NCBI GenBank assembly: GCA_963822965.1
Contig: CAWGJT010000001.1
Span: forward strand, 224,001-288,000
Source of the DNA: an uncultured delta proteobacterium
Lineage (GTDB): Bacteria > Myxococcota_A > UBA9160 > UBA4427
Reading direction: 5' to 3'
Length of the DNA stretch: 64,000 bases
Made by a program: the position numbers and the translations under genes. This document shows positions 60,862 through 64,000 of this stretch, one piece after another. The notes beneath the pieces are model-generated. The model searched no databases and was not told where the DNA came from. It worked only from the letters and a program-made list of their open reading frames with translations. Position 1 is the stretch's first letter. Every line of letters begins with the position of its first letter.

Positions 60862-61685
60862 GGCATGTACGCGCCTCCCCCGACGCTCACGAGCTGCCCC
60901 GTGAGGTGGGCGGACAGGGGCGAGGCCAGGAAGACCGCCAGGTTGGCGACGTCCTCCGGCCGGCCGAGGCGCTGCAGGGGCTGCCCACCCGCGTTGAAGA
61001 GCTCGCCCGTCTCGGCCTGCTTCGCCATCTGCTCGGGAGTGCCGAAGAACGCGTAGCCGTATTTCTTCCAGAAGCTTCCCGAACCCACGTGGTCCGCCTC
61101 CCAGGGGACGATCCATCCCGGCGACACGCAGTTGATGCGCACGCCGTGGGGCGCCCACTCGTGGGCGAGCGCCTTCGAGAAGGACATCACGTAGCCCTTG
61201 GTGCCCGCGTAGTTCGCCACCTGGTTGCCCGCTTCGCCGAGGAGGGCCGAGTTGGAGGTGATATTGACGATACTGCCGGCGCCCCGGGCGACCATGCGTT
61301 CGCCCACGGCGCGCGTGCAGTTGACCACCCCGTGGATGTTGAGCGCGATCTCCCAGTCGGCCTCTTCGTCGGGCTTCTCCAGGAAGGGACGCGGATAGGC
61401 GACACCACCGGCGTTGTTCACCAGCACGTCCACCTCGCCGAAGCCGTCGCGGGCCGCCTCCACCAGGGCTCGCACCGAGGCGCGGTCGGTGACGTCGGTG
61501 GGGACCACCCGAACCTCTCCGCCCCCCGAGGCGGCGGCGGCGGCCACCTCTCCGCACTTCTCCGCGTCCCGACTGGCGAGCACCACCCGGGCGCCCTCCC
61601 GGGCGAAGGCGAGCACCAGGCCCCGGCCGATCCCGCCGCTGGCGCCGGTCACGATCACGGTGCGTCCTTCGAGTCCGACGTCCAA
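60858..61685 (-). CDS. SDR family oxidoreductase
   Basis: TGASGGIG, NNAG, YAGTK, RLGRPEDVA. Confidence 0.93.
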   Translation of the reverse strand: MDVGLEGRTVIVTGASGGIGRGLVLAFAREGARVVLASRDAEKCGEVAAAAASGGGEVRVVPTDVTDRASVRALVEAARDGFGEVDVLVNNAGGVAYPRPFLEKPDEEADWEIALNIHGVVNCTRAVGERMVARGAGSIVNITSNSALLGEAGNQVANYAGTKGYVMSFSKALAHEWAPHGVRINCVSPGWIVPWEADHVGSGSFWKKYGYAFFGTPEQMAKQAETGELFNAGGQPLQRLGRPEDVANLAVFLASPLSAHLTGQLVSVGGGAYMP

Positions 61686-61745
61686 GGCTTCCTCCGCGAT
61701 GCCCCCCGGCGGGCGGCTCCCGGGGCGACGATAGCCCGACCCGCT

Positions 61746-62444
61746 TCAGCCAGCGGGGACGGCGACAATCGCGGCGAGCTCCGACAGCGCCGCCTGCATG
61801 CGGTCCACGTGGTCGCTGTACACGCCGTCGACCCCCAGGGCGAGCAGATGCCGCAGGTCGGCGGACTCCTGGAGGTCCCAGGCGAACGCGAGACGACCCC
61901 AGGCCGCGAGGTCGGCGCGCAGCTGCTCGTTCCAGTGGCTGTGGTGCAGGTTCAGGGCGTCGATGCCGAGCCGCGCCATCCGCGCCGCCCGTTCCCGACC
62001 GGAGGTCCGCATGTGCGCGGGGCTCGCCGAGTCGACCAGGCGGACGCGGGTGGACGCCTGCCTCCAGGGCAGCAGCTGTCTCCAGTTCCAGTGGCAAAGC
62101 CAGAGGCGCTCGCTGGCGCCGGCCGCGTCCGCCACCCGCAGCACCTCGGCGGCGGCCGCTTCGTGCTTGACGTCGAGGGAGAGCTCGAAGTCCGTCCCGC
62201 ACTCGGCGTAGAGCTCGGCGAGGGATGGGATGTGTGCCGGGAGCGCCGCACGCGCCAGGGTGGGAATCGGAACCCCACCCACGTCGCCGTCGTGATCGAG
62301 CACCGCCACCCCGTCGGCGGTGAGCCAGACGTCCGACTCGAGCCCGCGAGCGCCCATCTCGAGGGCGAGCGCAAAGGCCTCGAGGGTGTTCTCGCGCGCG
62401 TGAGCGCGGGCGCCCCGATGGGCGAATCCGATGGGTCCGGTCAC
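61746..62444 (-). CDS. Glycerophosphodiester phosphodiesterase family protein
   Basis: FAHRGA..ENTL, ESDVWLTADG..HD, GVDGVYSD. Confidence 0.9.
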   Translation of the reverse strand: MTGPIGFAHRGARAHARENTLEAFALALEMGARGLESDVWLTADGVAVLDHDGDVGGVPIPTLARAALPAHIPSLAELYAECGTDFELSLDVKHEAAAAEVLRVADAAGASERLWLCHWNWRQLLPWRQASTRVRLVDSASPAHMRTSGRERAARMARLGIDALNLHHSHWNEQLRADLAAWGRLAFAWDLQESADLRHLLALGVDGVYSDHVDRMQAALSELAAIVAVPAG

Positions 62445-62584
62445 GGCGCCTCCGGCGTTCCGCGCCGGGCCCGGCGTGCCCCGGGCTGAACGGGCTTCAC
62501 GCAACCGGCCGGCGCCGACGTCAGGCTAACGCGCATCCGACGGCGGGTCGCGTCGCCCGCGAGCCGGCGCGGAACGGCCGGCTA

Positions 62585-62744
62585 GAGCCCATCTCACAAA
62601 CCCCGACCGAGCCAGGCGAGCGAGTTCGGCCCGAGATCGAGGCGTCGAAAGCGAAGGCGTGGTGTCGCTACGGCGAGGTTTCGCAACGACGAGATCGGGG
62701 CGATGACGCCGCCTGGCGACCGAGCGGGCTTGTGAGATGGGCTC
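62585..62744. mobile_element. 160-bp MITE with 15-bp terminal inverted repeats flanked by TA
   Basis: TA|GAGCCCATCTCACAA...TTGTGAGATGGGCTC|TA; internal nested stems. Confidence 0.8.
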
Positions 62745-62784
62745 TATGGTCCCCGGGGCAGGACAAGACGGAAGGAGACCCGAC

Positions 62785-63906
62785 ATGCCCCTCGGACCGA
62801 TGGACGAGCTCCTCGCGCACCAGACCTGCGAGACCTTCGACCACGTCTTCACGAGCGATCGCAACTTCTACGACCGCTACTACTTCAACATGCATCCGTC
62901 GAGCGACGAGCTCTTCCTGGTCGCCGGCATGGGCCAGTACCCGAACCTGGGGACCATGGACGCCTTCGTGTCGGTCTCCCACGGCGAGCGGATCGACGTC
63001 GTTCGCGCCTCCCGCGAGCTGGGCTCCGATCGCATGAGCACCCGGGTGGGTCCGCTCGGGGTGGAGATCCTGAAGGGGCTCGAGAAGGTGCGCGTCTACT
63101 GCGAGCCCAACGAGTGGAACCTCGCCTTCGACCTGGTCTTCGACGGCACTGTCCCCGCCATCGAGGAGCCCAAGACCTTCCAGCGCCACCCCCATGGCCG
63201 GGTCCACATGGATACCTCCCGCTACTCGCAGGTCGGCACCTGGAGCGGAACCCTCGAGGTCGGCGGCCGGCGCTACGACGTGACCCCCGATCGCTGGCAG
63301 GGTGTTCGCGACCACTCCTGGGGCATCCGGGGCGTCGGCGAGCCCGAGCCGCCGGGCATCCGCGTGAAGCAAGCCAGCCAGGGCTTCGGGTTCTACCACG
63401 TGTGGATCCCGCTGCAGCTCGACGACGCCCTGCTGAAGCTCTTCGTCGAGGAGGACATGCATGGCAACCGGCTGGTCGAGGAGTCCATGCGCATCCCGAC
63501 CTTCGCGGCGGGCGGCGACCCGGAGCCCATGGGCTCACCCCGCTTCCGCTATCGCTACCGCCCGGGATCGCGGGAGATCGAGCACGTGACCGTCCACGTC
63601 GACGACCCGTCGGGCAAGCCTCTGACCATCGAGGCGACGCCGCTTCGCACCCTCTACCTGGCGGCCGGCTCCGGCTACATCCCGCAGCCCGACTGGACCC
63701 ACGGCATGTACCAGGGCGAGCTCAAGGTGGAGGGCAGGAGCTACGACCTGTCGACGGCGGCCGAGCGCGCGAAGTACGGGCCGCTCTACGAGACCCTGTC
63801 GCGCTTCGAGGTGAGCACGGGCCAGGTGGGCTACGGGCTGCTCGAGAACCTGTGCGTGGGCACCTATCACCCCCACGGCTTCGACCACCCCGGCGCCGTC
63901 GCCTGA
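62785..63906 (+). CDS. Conserved hypothetical protein, AttH/tocopherol-cyclase-like beta fold (inferred)
   Basis: AAGGAG RBS; SDRNFYDRYYF, RDHSWGIR. Confidence 0.75.
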   Translation: MPLGPMDELLAHQTCETFDHVFTSDRNFYDRYYFNMHPSSDELFLVAGMGQYPNLGTMDAFVSVSHGERIDVVRASRELGSDRMSTRVGPLGVEILKGLEKVRVYCEPNEWNLAFDLVFDGTVPAIEEPKTFQRHPHGRVHMDTSRYSQVGTWSGTLEVGGRRYDVTPDRWQGVRDHSWGIRGVGEPEPPGIRVKQASQGFGFYHVWIPLQLDDALLKLFVEEDMHGNRLVEESMRIPTFAAGGDPEPMGSPRFRYRYRPGSREIEHVTVHVDDPSGKPLTIEATPLRTLYLAAGSGYIPQPDWTHGMYQGELKVEGRSYDLSTAAERAKYGPLYETLSRFEVSTGQVGYGLLENLCVGTYHPHGFDHPGAVA

Positions 63907-63946
63907 CGAGCCCGACGAATTCCGGAGGGCCACCTCGACCCGGGAC

Positions 63947-64000
63947 TCAGAGAGCCTCCTGCTCGATCTCGTCGCCGTCCCCCGGCAGCCGGAAGTGCAT
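63947..64000 (-). CDS. 3' end of a gene entering from the right edge
   Basis: Open frame ...HFRLPGDGDEIEQEAL-TGA. Confidence 0.35.
   Translation of the reverse strand: MHFRLPGDGDEIEQEAL

Noticed and set aside
62737..62784. N-terminal extension of the last gene
   Set aside because: That ATG lies inside the MITE terminus; ATG 62785 has a proper RBS.

Overview
A very GC-rich bacterial chromosomal window. The gene content (PilZ proteins, an atypical Hsp70, a Ser/Thr kinase, an exosortase, several WS/DGATs) suggests a Myxococcota-like organism; this is an inference. About 55 protein genes and one tRNA-Thr(CGT) are recognisable, with no transposase, integrase, CRISPR array or rRNA. Roughly a dozen genes carry apparent single-base frameshifts (plus one in-frame TAG), which looks like a noisy assembly rather than real decay, so several ORF-track fusions are artefacts. 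Most notable: (1) tandem GAPDH genes, the upstream one lacking the catalytic Cys and the DNE motif (candidate pseudoenzyme); (2) CTAG/TA-targeting miniature inverted-repeat elements, including a nested insertion whose empty site is also in the window, a 35-bp termini-only element, and two ~160-bp elements with different termini but a shared folded core; (3) an exosortase + VIT/VWA + two-component operon with a PEP-CTERM-like tail masked by a frameshift; (4) a PilZ-PilZ-Hsp70(ATPase domain only)-GreA-like operon; (5) a TetR-linked secreted protein with the full copper-ligand set of PHM/DBH-type monooxygenases; (6) a ~1350-aa membrane protein made of two ancient repeats. No searches were run. 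All calls come from motif reading, and many start codons are estimates.
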